Assembly (NCBI RefSeq): GCF_006345805.1
Contig: NC_043025.1
Location: forward strand, 9,796,001-9,860,000
DNA: 64,000 nucleotides
Direction: 5' to 3'
DNA from: Octopus sinensis
Lineage: Eukaryota
The notes beneath the pieces were generated by a model. It saw only the letters and a program-made list of their open reading frames with translations. It was not told the DNA's origin and ran no database searches. This document shows positions 48,407-61,679 of the stretch, in pieces (positions within the stretch are counted from its first letter, which is position 1; each line of letters begins with the position of its first letter). The position numbers and the translations under genes were made by a program.

Positions 48407-50649
48407 CTACTGATCCATTCTTGTTGCTTTTTTCTTGGTTATAATCACCCCACATAATTTTATGGTTAATACCATAAAGAATTCTGGCGCATCTAAGTTA
48501 AGTACCATATTCACTTGAATTCATTTGAATCTTAATTGTTTTGCTGAAATATATATATATTCACTAAATATATAAAACTTCAATTATCCGCGCTAAAGCA
48601 CGGGGGCGAAACCCCATGGTCGTAACCTCAACCGTGTCTTTTCTGGTGTGATTTTTGCTACACAGGTATCGGTTAAATTTTGAATAATCCGTAACAAGAT
48701 AATTCATTTATCCATTTCATTAAATATATATATATATATATATATATTGGAAGGTTTGGAGATGATGTACAGGTATTTTATATTAGAAGAAATGAGGTAC
48801 TCAGAAAATCGGATGGTTTATATTTACAGATATTTATTTGTATATTACATTTTTTATATATATATCATATCATTCAGATCATTAGCGCTTTCTCCCATTC
48901 TAGTGGGGTTTTCAAATCAAACTAAGTTCCTGTGTGAAAAGTTTTGACCATTTTATAGTGGTATTGAGTTTGTAGTGGTGGGGAGGAATATAAGACAGTA
49001 CAAGAGGGTGATGGGTGAGGAGAAAGTGAGAGAGAGCATGTGTGTGTGTGTGTGTGTGTTTGTATTTGGAATGAGTGCTAAAGAAAAAGAGGGGAAGAAG
49101 AAGAAAATAATTCTTTTTGCTCTGCTGGACAGGATGCTTACTCCAAGGTGGGGGTCTAAGATCTTGGGGAAAAAGAACTTCATTTTTGACCATTTCATAG
49201 TGTTATTGAGTGTGTGGTAGCGGGGAGGTAGACCATAACTTATATTTCCTTTTATCATTGTGAGAGAGAGAGAGAGTGTGTGTGTGTGTTTCCTGAGGGA
49301 TGGTCAAATGGTTTTTTTGGGTTTAGTAAAGAAGAATTCTTTTTATGATTGTTTTGTGGTGGTGGGGGTGTCTGTGAGTTTGGAGAAGGAAAGAGAGGAG
49401 AAAAGGAAAAAGAAAAAAAACAACATATATATATGTCCAGAGCAGCGCTTCTATATAAATTTTCCTTGAGAACATTTCTTAGTGGTAAGACCATAGCGGA
49501 TCTATTTCTAGCACAAGGGTGTCCACATAGTGGTTTCCCTCTCATATATATATATATATATATGATCAGAGCAGTGCTTCTATATATATGTGTGTGTGTG
49601 TAACAACAACAATAGATTTACTGATCCTTTCCAAGTGGTGATTTGATTTATTTTGCAGATCGACAGACATTTGTTTTTAGACGAGTCTGTCGCTAGTCGA
49701 GCAGACCAATAACCATCCATGACCATCCCGTTTTTTTTTAGGTTTTCTTTAAAATAGCCTGTAGTTTCTTTTAGATGGATTTTTGATAATGAGATTTATG
49801 TATTGAGGGGGAACGTAGCTGCTGTTTCTAGCATTTTGGATGAGTACACACACACACATATATATACATATAAGTCGTACTTATCCAGTAATAAATTAAT
49901 GTATGCAAGAACGAAGCTTATTATCATAATATATTAATGTTTGTTTCATATCAAAGGAGTGCAGGTACTATTTAAGAAGAGTGGTGCCGGTGCGCGCACT
50001 CGCGCTAGCTAGTCGTGACTAGTCGATCCTACAACGACTACTCAGCAAAGTAAATAAAACACAAAATAAATATCTTGGCAATCTTTCGTCTCTAGTAGAC
50101 CTTTCCGTCGATTTCCGTAAAAATTTTTTTTTTTTTACATATGGGCTTGCGGGAACTTTTGAAGTAATGAGAGCGAAAGAGACTAAGAGAAAGCGATTGT
50201 ATGACGAGGGAAGTTCTTTTGAAGTTACCGTGCATGGCAAGCATTGATGTACATGTGTGTGTGTGTGTTTTTGATGGGGTGTGAGAGACAGACAGTATGT
50301 TGTGTAAGTGAAGTGCTTCTGTTAGTGTGTGTGAAGAGACAGAGTAATGTGTGAAAGAGAGAGATAACTGAAATTTTTTACTCGGTGTATGTGTATATGT
50401 ATGTATATTACTTCAAAAGTTCCCGCAAGCCCATATGTAAAAAAAAAAAAAATTTTACGGAAATCGACGGAAAGGTCTACTAGAGACGAAAGATCGCCAA
50501 TATTTTTTTTTACACAAAGTAAATACTTTTTGGATCTTTTCCTTTTGAACGGCAAACAATTTCTAGTTAACTAAACACTTTAAAACTTCGTATACTGGTA
50601 GAATGTGTCAAAATAAAGCAATAATACATTCTGTAAGATGTTTACAAAC

Positions 50650-50853
50650 CTTTTTGCTGGCCCTTGCAGCAACCTCAGCGTATCCTTTTAGGACATGTTT
50701 CATTTGTTCGATGGCATTGTCGCGCGAAACCAAACCCATGGATGATCTCCTTGGTATCGTCGGCTCAAAAACGGCGGCCGTAAAAGTTTTCTCCGCCGCA
50801 GACAGCAACACGGGTAGTTGCAAGAAAAATATAATAGTATACACGAAATTCAT
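50650..50853 (-). CDS. Vanin/biotinidase-like gene copy B, coding exon 1 (68 aa)
   Basis: MNFVYTIIFFLQLPVLLSAAEKTFTAAVFE...ASKK with a phase-0 GT donor at 50649; near-identical to copy A exon 1. Confidence 0.88.
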
Positions 50854-50954
50854 TTTAGGGAATTTGTTTGTTGTGGATCCTTGCAATCTCTCAAGTCCTT
50901 TCAGTGAAAGCCCAACTTCACTCTGTGAACGAGTGACTTTTCATTTAACCAATG

Positions 50955-50980
50955 CTTTTATAAACAGATCTTCTTTTATA
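50955..50980 (-). promoter_or_regulatory. Two TATAAAAG boxes upstream of vanin-like copy B
   Basis: Mirror image of 26021-26046. Confidence 0.5.
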
Positions 50981-51344
50981 GGATTGTCGGATAATGGGAA
51001 CACAATCAAGTCTGGTGCTTTACTGGTTTTATTTTGTTATTTTTTTAAAAATAGAATTGAAAAGAAATAAAACAAAGGACACTTCAAATGCCAGGCAATC
51101 CTTCGACCGATGTTGTTTTCAGAACATTTGTAAGCAGGGGGAATGGAGGTGGAGGTGAAGGAATTAAAAAAATCGTCGACACAAAACACTCCTTAATCGC
51201 AATAACTCTCTAATCACCTGTTATGCTTACACACACTTAAACGTGGTCGTTTTGTTCACTCATAGTAATTAATAGCTTGTTTTAACATGTTTGAGTGGGA
51301 ATAAATATTGGTTCAAAATCTGGCTCGGCTGGTGCTTATTTTAT

Positions 51345-52965
51345 CGATCTCGAGAGGACGAACGGTAAAGTCGATGTCGGCGAGCTGGCAGAAACGTTAG
51401 CACGCCGGACGAAATGCTTAGCGGTATTTCGTCTGCCGTTACGTTGTGAGTTCAAATTCCGCCGAGGTCGACTTTGCCTTTCATCCTTTCGGGGTCGATA
51501 AATTAAGTACCAGTTAAGCACTGGGGTCGATGTAATCGACTTAATACCTATGTCTGTCCATGTTTGTCCCCTCTATGTTCAGCCCCTTGTGGGTAATAAA
51601 GAAAAGAAAAAAAGAAAAAAAAAAAGAAAGAAAAAAAGAATAAATATTGGTTCAAAATCTGGCACAAGGCCAGGCTCAGCTGGTGCTTATTTTATCGATC
51701 TGGAGAGGATGAACGGTAAAGTCGATGTCGGCGAGCTGGCAGAAACGTTAGCACGCCGGACGAAATGCTTAGCGGTTTTCGTCTGTCGTTACGTTATGAG
51801 TTCAAATTCCGCCGAGGTTGACTTTGCCTCTCATCCTTTTGGGTCGATAAATTAAGTACCATCTCCGCACTGGGGTCGATGTAATCGACTTAATACCTAT
51901 GTCTGTCCTTGTTTGTTCCCTCTATGTTCAGCCCCTTGTGGGCAATAAAGAAATATGTATATCGTCTGTTGTTACGTTCTGAGTTCAAATTCCGCCGAGG
52001 TTGACTTTGCCTTTCATCCTTTCGGGGTCGATAAATTAAGTACCAGTTCCGCACTGGGGTCGATGTAATCGACTTAATACCTATGTCTGTCCTTGTTTGT
52101 TCCCTCTATGTTTAGCCCCTTGTGGGCAGTAAAGAAATATGTATATCGTCTGTCGTTACGTTCTGAGTTCAAATTCCGCCGAGGTTGACTTTGCCTTTCA
52201 TCCTTTCGGGGTCGATAAATTAAGTACCAGTTCCGCACTGGGGTCGATGTAATCGACTTAATACCTATGTCTGTCCTTGTTTGTTCCCTCTATGTTTAGC
52301 CCCTTGTGGGTAATAAAGAAATAGGTATTTGGTCAGTCGTTACGTTGTGAGTTCAAATTCCGCCGAGGTTGACTTTGCCTTCATCCTTCGGGGTCGATAA
52401 ATTAAGTACCAGTTCCGCACTGGGGTCGATGTAATCGACTTAATACCTATGTCTGTCCTTGTTTGTTCCCTCTATGTTTAGCCCCTTGTGGGCAGTAAAG
52501 AAATATGTATATCATCTGTCGTTACGTTGTGAGTTCAAATTCCGCCGAGGTTGACTTTGCCTTTCATCCTTTCGGGGTCGATAAATTAAGTACCAGTTCC
52601 GCACTGGGGTCGATGTAATCGACTTAATACCTATGTCTGTCCTTGTTTGTCCCCTCTGTGTTTAGCCCCTTGTGGGCAGTAAAGAAATATGTATATCGTC
52701 TGTCGTTACGTTGTGAGTTCAAATTCCGCCGAGGTTGACTTTGCCTTTCATCCTTTCGGGGTCGATAAATTAAGTACCAGTTCCGCACTGGGGTCGATGT
52801 AATCGACTTAATACCTATGTCTGTCCTTGTTTGTTCCCCTCTACGTTTAGCCCCTTGTGGGTAATAAAGAAATAGGTAAAGTCGATGTCGGCGGAATTTG
52901 AACTCAGAAGGGAAAGACGGACGAAATGCTGTTAAACATTTTTGCCGGCTTGCGAACGTTTCTAC
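51345..52965 (+). repeat. Tandem array (about 7 units) of SINE family B
   Basis: agccccttgtg anchors at about 184-bp spacing; the first two units retain heads. Confidence 0.85.
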
Positions 52966-53017
52966 TAACTCGCCACCTGAAAGTGGTCATAAATATCACC
53001 TCTCGGTATTAATATAC

Positions 53018-53325
53018 GGGTTAGGGTTAGGGTTTTAGAGTTAGGGTTTTTGAGCTAGGTTTTATGGTTAGGGTTTTAGGGTTAGGGTTTTAGGGTAAGG
53101 GTTTTAGAGCTAGGTTTTATGGTTAGCGTTTTAGGGTTAAGGTTAGGGTTTTAGAGTTAGGGTTAGGGTTTTAAGGTTAGGGTTAGGGTTAGGGTTTTAA
53201 GGTTAGGGTTTTAGGGTTAGGGTTTTAGAGCTAGGTTTTATGGTTAGGGTTTTAGGGTTAGGGTTATAGTTTTAGAGTTAGGGTTAGGTTTGGGGTTTTA
53301 GGGTTAGGGTTGGGATTTGGGATTA
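53018..53325 (+). repeat. Degenerate (TTAGGG)n telomere-like tract
   Basis: TTAGGG mixed with TTTTAGGG, TTTTAGAG and TTTTATGG variants. Confidence 0.8.
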
Positions 53326-53797
53326 GAGTTACGGAAACAAGCGAGAAATGAAGAAATTGGAGGTGGAGGGGTAGGGGGCAAATTTTTTTTCCGAAAATAG
53401 TTGCTGAAATCAAGAAATTGCCGAAGAAAGACTTTCACTTTTTCATGAACGGCTATCGAAAACGCTGGGGTTTTAATATGACAAAAGAAAATACAAAAAT
53501 GGTGGGCTTTTATGCACATATGTACTAATGGACATCATATATATGTACAAAATGAAACTTGAGATTTCGAAAGAAATTGTGATGTGTACCACTATTTTCA
53601 TTTTCACATCAAATTCCAATATAATCTGAATATATACATTCTGAAAAGTATTTGTAGCAAATTTCATTTAAAAATACCCAAGTTATGAGGAAACAAAGTC
53701 AACTCATGTGAATTTCCCGAAACCCCTCTTCCTAACCACAGAATTTTTTTAAATATTAAATTCCTATGTAAGCGGAATATACACAATCTAAAATACA

Positions 53798-54482
53798 CCG
53801 TAGATCCTCAAGTATAATCCGCATTATTTTCCCAAAATTTAAAGGTCAAAATCCCTAGTGCGTACTATATATGAGGTTAAAAATGGAAATTATTTTCTAA
53901 GCAATGTCCAAGTCTCTATTTGCTGTCAGGCAATGTTTATTCAGACGCATTTTGTGATGTCGGGCTCGAAAATACCTTAAGCTAAGCCTGAAAGCAATGA
54001 AGTCATAAAAGAATCATCCATAACTTGCAATAAGCAACATTTATTAAACATTATTACTGTTATTTCTTTATTTTCTGCAAACAAAATGCACAAAAAAGCT
54101 ACACGTTTGCATTATGTTATATATACAATAATAATAAAGGACGTTACTGTATACATTTTTACAAACTAAGGACGTTATATAGACCTCCTTAACTATTGTT
54201 AGAGAAGGGGTACGTATTATACACAAGGTTTAGGTTTTTCAGAGGTACAGACCCCTAAAAATCCTCTGCGTATACACGTTTGCATTATGTTATATATACA
54301 ATAATAATAAAGGACGTTACCGTATACATTCTTACAAACCAAGGACATTATATAGACCTCCTTGACTCAAGTTAGAGAAAGGGTGCGTATTATACACAAG
54401 GTTTAGGTTTTTCAGAGGTACAGCCCTCTAAAAATCCCCTGCGTATTATACTCAAGGGCAGACTATACTCGAGGATTAACGG
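53798..54482. mobile_element. Tc1/pogo-like non-autonomous element with internal ~190-bp tandem duplication
   Basis: TIRs CCGTAGATCCTCAAGTATAATC / GACTATACTCGAGGATTAACGG|TA. Confidence 0.55.
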
Positions 54483-54964
54483 TATTTTTTGAAAATTTCA
54501 TTAAAAAAATTTACATTTTTCTGGAAGTTGTGAGGCAACAAAGTCGATCGGGGAGGGGCACACATGTATAGGTAAACCGATATTTGCATTATTTTACAAT
54601 AATCATTTCAAATCCTGCTCGGCTGGTTTTTGTCTTATCTTTCAGGGCCCAATAGAATGAGTTAATCGTAATAAAACAGAGTTGTAAACACCCCTGTACC
54701 TATCCATTCACATGCTGACGTCAGTAAAGTTGGTCAAAGAAAACCGGTCTTTTTACTTTTATTGGAATTGATATTGTATTTATTTAAGATGCCAAAGGTG
54801 TTGTGTTTTTGTTTTTATGAAGACGCTTCATGAATAATCTAATCTTCTCACGCCTTTGGTCATTGTTTTTTTAACGATAAAAATAGTATGATGACTTATA
54901 AAATATTTAGAGGATTATTAAGTTTTACAGGCCAGATGTTTAAAAAATATTGGAGTGTCTGATT

Positions 54965-55295
54965 CCGGGTTCAGTCCCACATGGTTCCGGGTTCAGTCCC
55001 ACTGCGTGGCACCTTGGGCAAGTGTCTTCGACTATAACCTCGGGCCAACCAGAGCCTTGTGAGTGGATTTGGTAGACGGAAACTGAAAGAAGCCCGTCGT
55101 ATATATATATATGCGTGTGTGTGTTTGTCCCCCCTAGCATTGCTTGACAACCGATGCTGGTGTGTTTATGTCCCCGTTACTTAGCGTTTCGGCAAAAGAG
55201 ATCGATAGAATAAGTACTGGGCTTACAAAAAGAATAAGTCCCGGGGTCGAGTTGCTCGATTAAAGGCGATGCTCCAGCATGGCCGCGGTCAAGAG
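54965..55295 (+). mobile_element. SINE family A copy
   Basis: Family motifs present; 5' end duplicated and truncated. Confidence 0.75.
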
Positions 55296-55648
55296 TAACA
55301 TTAAAAGTAAAATATGTTTTATATGACACATTAGGGTTAGGGTTAGGGTCCGAAGGTTGAAAGTGTTTAGTTACAAAAAATTTATTTTGTCGATGTGCTG
55401 TTCAAAGGGTAAAGATCCCTTATATTATTTATTTAAACCCTTTACAAACTAGAAGGGTTATGGGTCAAGAGGAAAATACATCAATCAAATGTTGGCAAGG
55501 CCATCGGTTGAATAAAACAACATTGTTCCTCAACAGAACAATAAGGCTCTAAAGTTAGGAGGAAATTTACCCATTCAGTTTCAAAACTCAGGTGGAGCCA
55601 AAAGAGGTCTCTACACATACATACATACATATATCCAGACAACTTCAG

Positions 55649-55704
<56 letters not shown>

Positions 55705-56244
55705 TCTTCTTCTCTCTATATAAAACCGAAATGCGTTTTTACCGCTTGGATCGCTTTCAATGCCACTACATCCCGTCCGATTCGCTCCAAAATTTACAGG
55801 GACATGTAGAATGAGGTGACGATGCTCGTGGGCTACCTTAGAAATCCCTAGCTTAAAAGGTGTGGTTGCTAGGGGCCATCTTCCTCACTCACGCTATTTC
55901 CTCCTTTCCCTCTTTTACTCCCCTTCATTAATAACTTTGAGAAGACCACTCCGGTTATTTAATGTATTCCCCTCAACTCCATTTCACTTTCCCTTTATAA
56001 GTTCGTCAGGCGGCTTTCTTTGATGTATCTGTTTGCATTTATAGGGAGAATTATCATCGCTACCAACAACACACAATCATGAGAACAAATATTATGAATC
56101 AGATATTCTTGCGTTCATTTATGTGTGTGTGTGTGTGTGTGTTTTATATATAAATATGTATATATAATGTATGTGTGTGTGTGTTCTATTTATAAATATG
56201 TATATATAATGTATGTGTGTGTGTGTGTGTGTTCTATATATAAA

Positions 56245-56766
56245 CTAGCAGTATCGCCCGGCGTTGCTCGGGTTTGTAAGGGAAGTAACTATATAAGCAT
56301 TTTTAGTGAGTTATAGCAAAAAAATAGCAAAAAAATGCATTAAAAATGGAATAAAAAATGATGGTAATTTTGGTGTCTTCAAGCCATGAAGTCGTTGTTC
56401 TAAAAGAATGCTGGTCCCCTTGACAACGCTTTACGACGTTGATTTCCTTACACTCCCTTCCCCACAGCTTCACGAGGGAGGGAAGAAGGGGGAGAAGCAA
56501 ACAGGTGCAGGTGTGACCATGAACGCCAACTCCGCCGCCATCGACACACGAAGAATTATGCATTAAAATGGAATAAAAAATGATGTTAAATTATTTTTAA
56601 AATCGTAGACTCATCGTAGACGCGCGCTAATACCCAGACGGGCTCCGATATGAACACGACTATAGATACCCGAATTTGGTTAAACTGCACCGCAAATGTG
56701 GGAGTAGTTAGGAATCTAAATCGTAGGAGACAGACACTCACACAACTACAGTTTTATATATATAGA
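56245..56766 (-). mobile_element. Non-autonomous Helitron (longer internal variant) inserted in a minisatellite
   Basis: TC...CTAG termini at an A|T site inside tctatatataaa|tatgtatatataatg repeat units. Confidence 0.78.
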
Positions 56767-57146
56767 TATGTATATATAATGTATGTGTGTGTTCTATATA
56801 TAAATATGTATATATAATGTATGTGTGTGTGTTCTATATATAAATATGTATATATAATGTATATATACAAAGTGTATATATATTTATTTATGTATATTAA
56901 ACTTTTTCATACTTTTCATAGTTATATATATTTTTAAACAAATTATAAATATAATTTAATAATTTTTATTTTCAAATTAAATAATTTAAATTTTTCATTT
57001 TATATTTTATATATTTTCTATATTATATATTTTTTATGTTTTTGTTTTTGGTTTTTCACTGTTTGATTTGCCTATTAGAGGTTTTATCTCTAATTTAATT
57101 TATACAGATATATATCTCATTTGTATACATTTGTATATATAATGCG

Positions 57147-57230
<84 letters not shown>

Positions 57231-58207
57231 GTGTGTGCATTACGTAGTCGGTCGATTCAGCTGAAAATATGCATACCTATGTTAAAAGTGCTGGCAAGTT
57301 TGCATGACAACTATTTTTTTCCTCAAATGAAAGGCGTCACCTCTAGGACAAAATTCCTCATCTTATAAAATGTGGCCCCAGTAGACCCGAATGAAATCGG
57401 GTTATATTAACCAAAATGTGAACAGGGGTCTAAATGGGGCTGGAATGGGATTAAAATTTAAAGGAGCGGGTATTTAGGAATTCTCTGTTACATCAAGCTA
57501 AAAAATTTGCGCCAGCTTTTAATCGTCAATGTGTTGCCGTCCATGATAAAGAGTCCATGGTGAGTCTACTGTCGTGAGAAAGAATCACTTCAAAACTTGG
57601 TGTTTACGAATTTTCTTTTACATCAAGTTGAAAATTTTACGCCAGCCGTTAAACTGTCACTACGTTGCTGTCCGTCGTTAAGAAATGCCAGCCATGGTGA
57701 CTCTACTATCCTCAGATTCTATCCATTCAAACTTTGGTTTCCAATATTTTATTATTTTTCTTCAGCTCGCAAGTCCGTCTGTCCCTTTTAAATGTTAGCA
57801 TTTTGCTGTCTGCCTTGAAGCAGACTTTTCCATTATCACTGACTCATATTTCTGATTGATCTTTCTAAATATTTTATTTCTCAACTTACTCAAGATCTTC
57901 CGTTGTTTATAAATGGGAGAGAGATAGATAAAGATAGAGAGTAAGAGAAAGCGAGGAAGAGTCCGAGAGATGAGATAACTAAGAGAGTGGGAAAGTGAGA
58001 GAGAAAGGAGAGAGAAACAAATACGGAGAATCATCATCATCATCATCGTTTAACGACCGTTTTCCGTGCTATAAGGGTTGGACAGTGTATACATTGCATA
58101 CATTTATATATATATAATATATATATATTAATTGTATACATTTATATATATATATATATAATTTGTTACATTATATATATATATATATAATTTGTATACA
58201 TTTCTAT

Positions 58208-58307
58208 NNNNNNNNNNNNNNNNNNNNNNNNNNNNNNNNNNNNNNNNNNNNNNNNNNNNNNNNNNNNNNNNNNNNNNNNNNNNNNNNNNNNNNNNNNNNN
58301 NNNNNNN
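58208..58307. other. Assembly gap (100 N)
   Basis: Run of N. Confidence 0.99.
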
Positions 58308-59400
58308 GCATGATTATTCCAAACTAGGCCAAATCCAGCCTCTCACACCTACCCTACAATGTCATTCTAAAAATAAACAATCACATCATTGAAATCTCAA
58401 AGCTATGAGATAATGCATGATTAATTCCAACTAGGCCAAATCCAGCCTCTCACACCTACCCTACAATGTCATTCTAAAAATAAACAATCACATCATTGAA
58501 ATCTCAAAGCTAAGAGATAATGCATGATTAATTCCAAACTAGGCCAAATCCAGCCTCTCACACCTACCCTACAATGTCATTCTAAAAATAAACAATCACA
58601 TCATTGAAATCTCAAAGCTATGAGATAATGCATGATTAATTCCAAACTAGGCCAAATCCAGCCTCTCACACCTACCCTACAATGTCATTCTAAAAATAAA
58701 CAATCACATCATTGAAATCTCAAAGCTATGAGATAATGCATGATTAATTCCAAACTAGGCCAGATCCAACCTCTCACACCTACCCTACAATGTCATTCTA
58801 AAAATAAACAATCACATCATTGAAATCTCAAAGCTATGAGATAATGCATGATTAATTCCAAACTAGGCCAAATCCAGCCTCTCACACCTACCCTACAATG
58901 TCATTCTAAAAATAAACAATCACATCATTGAAATCTCAAAGCTAAGAGATAATGCATGATTAATTAAAAACAAGGCCAGATCCAGCCTCTCACACCTACC
59001 CTACAATGTCATTCTAAAAATAAACAATCACATCACTGAAATCTCAAAGCTAAGAGATAATGCATGATTAATTAAAAACAAGGCCAGATCCAACCTCTCA
59101 CACCTACCCTACAATGTCATTCTAAAAATAAACAATCACATCATTGAAATCTCAAAGCTATGAGATAATGCATGATTAATTCCAAACTAGGCCAAATCCA
59201 GCCTCTCACACCTACCCTACAATGTCATTCTAAAAATAAACAATCACATCATTGAAATCTGAAAGCTAAGAGATAATGCATGATTAATTAAAAACAAGGC
59301 CAGATCCAACCTCTCACACCTACCCTACAATGTCATTCTAAAAATAAACAATCACATCATTGAAATCTCAAAGCTATGAGATAATGCATGATTAATTCAA
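58308..59400 (+). repeat. 108-bp satellite, about 10 units, abutting the gap
   Basis: gcatgattaattccaaactaggccaaatccagcctctcacacc... repeated at a 107-108 bp period. Confidence 0.92.
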
Positions 59401-59607
59401 AAGAATGTGAATTAATAAGCATCGCATTCAACAAAAATCCAAATGCTAAAGAGTTGATGTCTATGGTTGTTACCATAATAATGTTTGTGATGATGACGGT
59501 GTGATAAAGATGCTAATAATGTCTATGAGGATGATAATGTTTGTAAAGTTGACATTGAAATAAAAAGATGTTTATGTTATTACCCTTTTCTTACCAAATT
59601 TTCATTG

Positions 59608-59695
59608 AAGCCTTGTGAGTGGATTTGGTAGACGGAAACTGAAAGAAGCCCGTCATATATATGCATATATATATATATATAATATATATATATAT

Positions 59696-59739
<44 letters not shown>

Positions 59740-60299
59740 ATATGTTTGTGTCTCTGTGTTTGTCTTTCCAACATCACTTGACAACCGCTGCTGGTGTGTT
59801 TACGTCACCATAACATAGTGATTCGGCAAAAGAGACCGATAGAATAAGTTCTAGGCTTACAAAGAACAAGACCTGGAGTCGATTTGCTCGACTAAAGGTG
59901 GTGCTCCAGCATGGCCACAGTCACATGACTGAAACAAGTAAAAAGTGCAAAGTAGAAAGTAAATTAAATAGGCGCAGGAGTGGCTGTGTGGTAAGTAGCT
60001 TGCTTACCAACCACATGGTTCCGGGTTCAGTCCCACTGCGTGGCACCTTGGGCAAGTATCTTCTACTATAGCCCCGGGCCGACCAAAGCTTTGTGAGTGG
60101 ATTTGGTAGATGGAAACTGAAAGAATCCCGTCGTGTAGGCGCAGGAGTGGCTGTGTGGTAACTAGCTTGTTTACCAACCACATGGTTCTGGTTTCAGTCC
60201 CACAGCGTGGCACCTTGGGCAAGTATCTTCTACTATAGCCTCGGGCCGACCAAAGCCTTGTGAGTGGATTTGGTAGACGGAAACTGAAAGAAGCCCGTC

Positions 60300-60331
<32 letters not shown>

Positions 60332-60589
60332 CAATAAGGGTTCAGCAACGAATTGCCTTACCACATACCGAATTTAGAAATAGCAGTCAAAGGGTTATAG
60401 CTATTTCTTCTACTAAAAAGGGAGATCTCAGTAAAAACAGCAATTGGAAGGCTGACACAAACAGGTAAGAGAGAATGAATTAACCGCAATCTATCAAACA
60501 TTTTTAAAGTTATCCACGGACGTTCGTTTCGAAATCAAGTTTTAGGAAAGCATAAGAAGAAGCATATTAATTAATTAATTTCACCCTTC

Positions 60590-60628
<39 letters not shown>

Positions 60629-60850
60629 GTGTGTGTGTGTGTCTATGTTTGTGTGTCTGTGTTTGTCCCCTTAGCATTGCTTGACAACCGATGCTGGTGT
60701 GTTTACGTCCCCGTCACTTTGCGGTTCGGCAAAGAGACCGATAGAATAAGTACTGGGCTTACAAAATAATAAGTCCCGGCAGGGTCGAGTTGCTCGATTA
60801 AAGGCGGTGCTCCAGCATGGCCACAGTCACATGACTGAAACAAGTAAAAA
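59608..60850 (+). mobile_element. Several SINE family A copies and heads
   Basis: Family motifs at 59608-59945, 59970-60305 and 60640-60850. Confidence 0.75.
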
Positions 60851-60889
60851 GTACAAAGTAGAAAATAAATGAAATATACCGATCTGGTA

Positions 60890-60961
60890 GCCGTGATCGT
60901 CTAGTGGTTAGGACCCCACGTTGTGGCCGTGGTAACCCAGGTTCGAATCCTGGTCACGGCA
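60890..60961 (+). tRNA. trnH-GTG: tRNA-His (anticodon GTG)
   Basis: 72-nt cloverleaf: GCCGTGA/TCACGGC acceptor stem, CCACG-TTGTGGC-CGTGG anticodon arm (GTG at 60923-60925), GGTTCGAATCC T-loop, no intron. Confidence 0.97.
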
Positions 60962-60963
60962 GG

Positions 60964-60974
60964 TTTTTTTTTTT
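60964..60974 (+). terminator. RNA polymerase III terminator (T11)
   Basis: Run of 11 T starting 3 nt after the tRNA-His. Confidence 0.85.
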
Positions 60975-61334
60975 AATGGCGGTACCCCAGCATGGCCACA
61001 GCTCATGAGCTGAAACTGGAAAAATCAAAATCAATCATACCCATGTTTTAGGTCATGTTTTCAGCTCTGTTTTTTATTATTTTTTAAAGTTTTTTTTTAT
61101 TCTATGGAGATTTCAAATAGTCAGAAAATCTGCATTTAGTATGGTAACGTTCAACTTTTTTTTATTTTTATAAAGTAAATAACTGATTCAACAACGTCGT
61201 TCTTGGAGCAATGAATGATTACCTAAACTTAAATTCGGTTTGGCATTTCGTTCTGTTAGCATTAATTAACAGGTAAAACTTCTTCAGGTGATCAGTTAGA
61301 ATTTGACCAACTCGGATTACCTGTATAATGTTCA

Positions 61335-61655
61335 TCATCATCATCATCATCATCGTTTAGCGTCTGCTTTCCATGCTAGCATGGGTTGGACGGGTCAACT
61401 GGGGTCTGTGAAGCTGGAAGGCTTCGTCAGGCCCAGTCAGATCTGGCAGTGTTTCTACGGCTGGATGCCCTTCCTAATGCCAACCACTCCGTGAGTGTAG
61501 TGGGTGCTTTTTACGTGCCACCGGCACATGTGCCAGGGGAGGCTGGCAAACGGCCACGAACGGATGTTGCTTTTACGTGCCACCGGCACATGTGCCAGGG
61601 GAGGCTGGCAACGGCCACGATCGGATGGTGCTTTTTATGTGCCACCGGCACGATG
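61335..61655 (-). mobile_element. Interspersed repeat family E
   Basis: Matches 14090-14520. Confidence 0.72.
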
Positions 61656-61679
61656 CATATGAATATATTCTTTTATTTA

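Larger units (their letters stand above)
43828..51132 (-). repeat. Right arm of inverted segmental duplication carrying vanin-like copy B
   Basis: Reverse-complement homology to 25861-34266, broken by arm-specific insertions. Confidence 0.85.

Noticed and set aside
45038-50853. The two vanin-like genes being alleles mis-assembled as an inversion
   Set aside because: About 60 amino-acid differences, two coding indels and arm-specific TE insertions are too much for typical allelic divergence; still worth a read-depth check.
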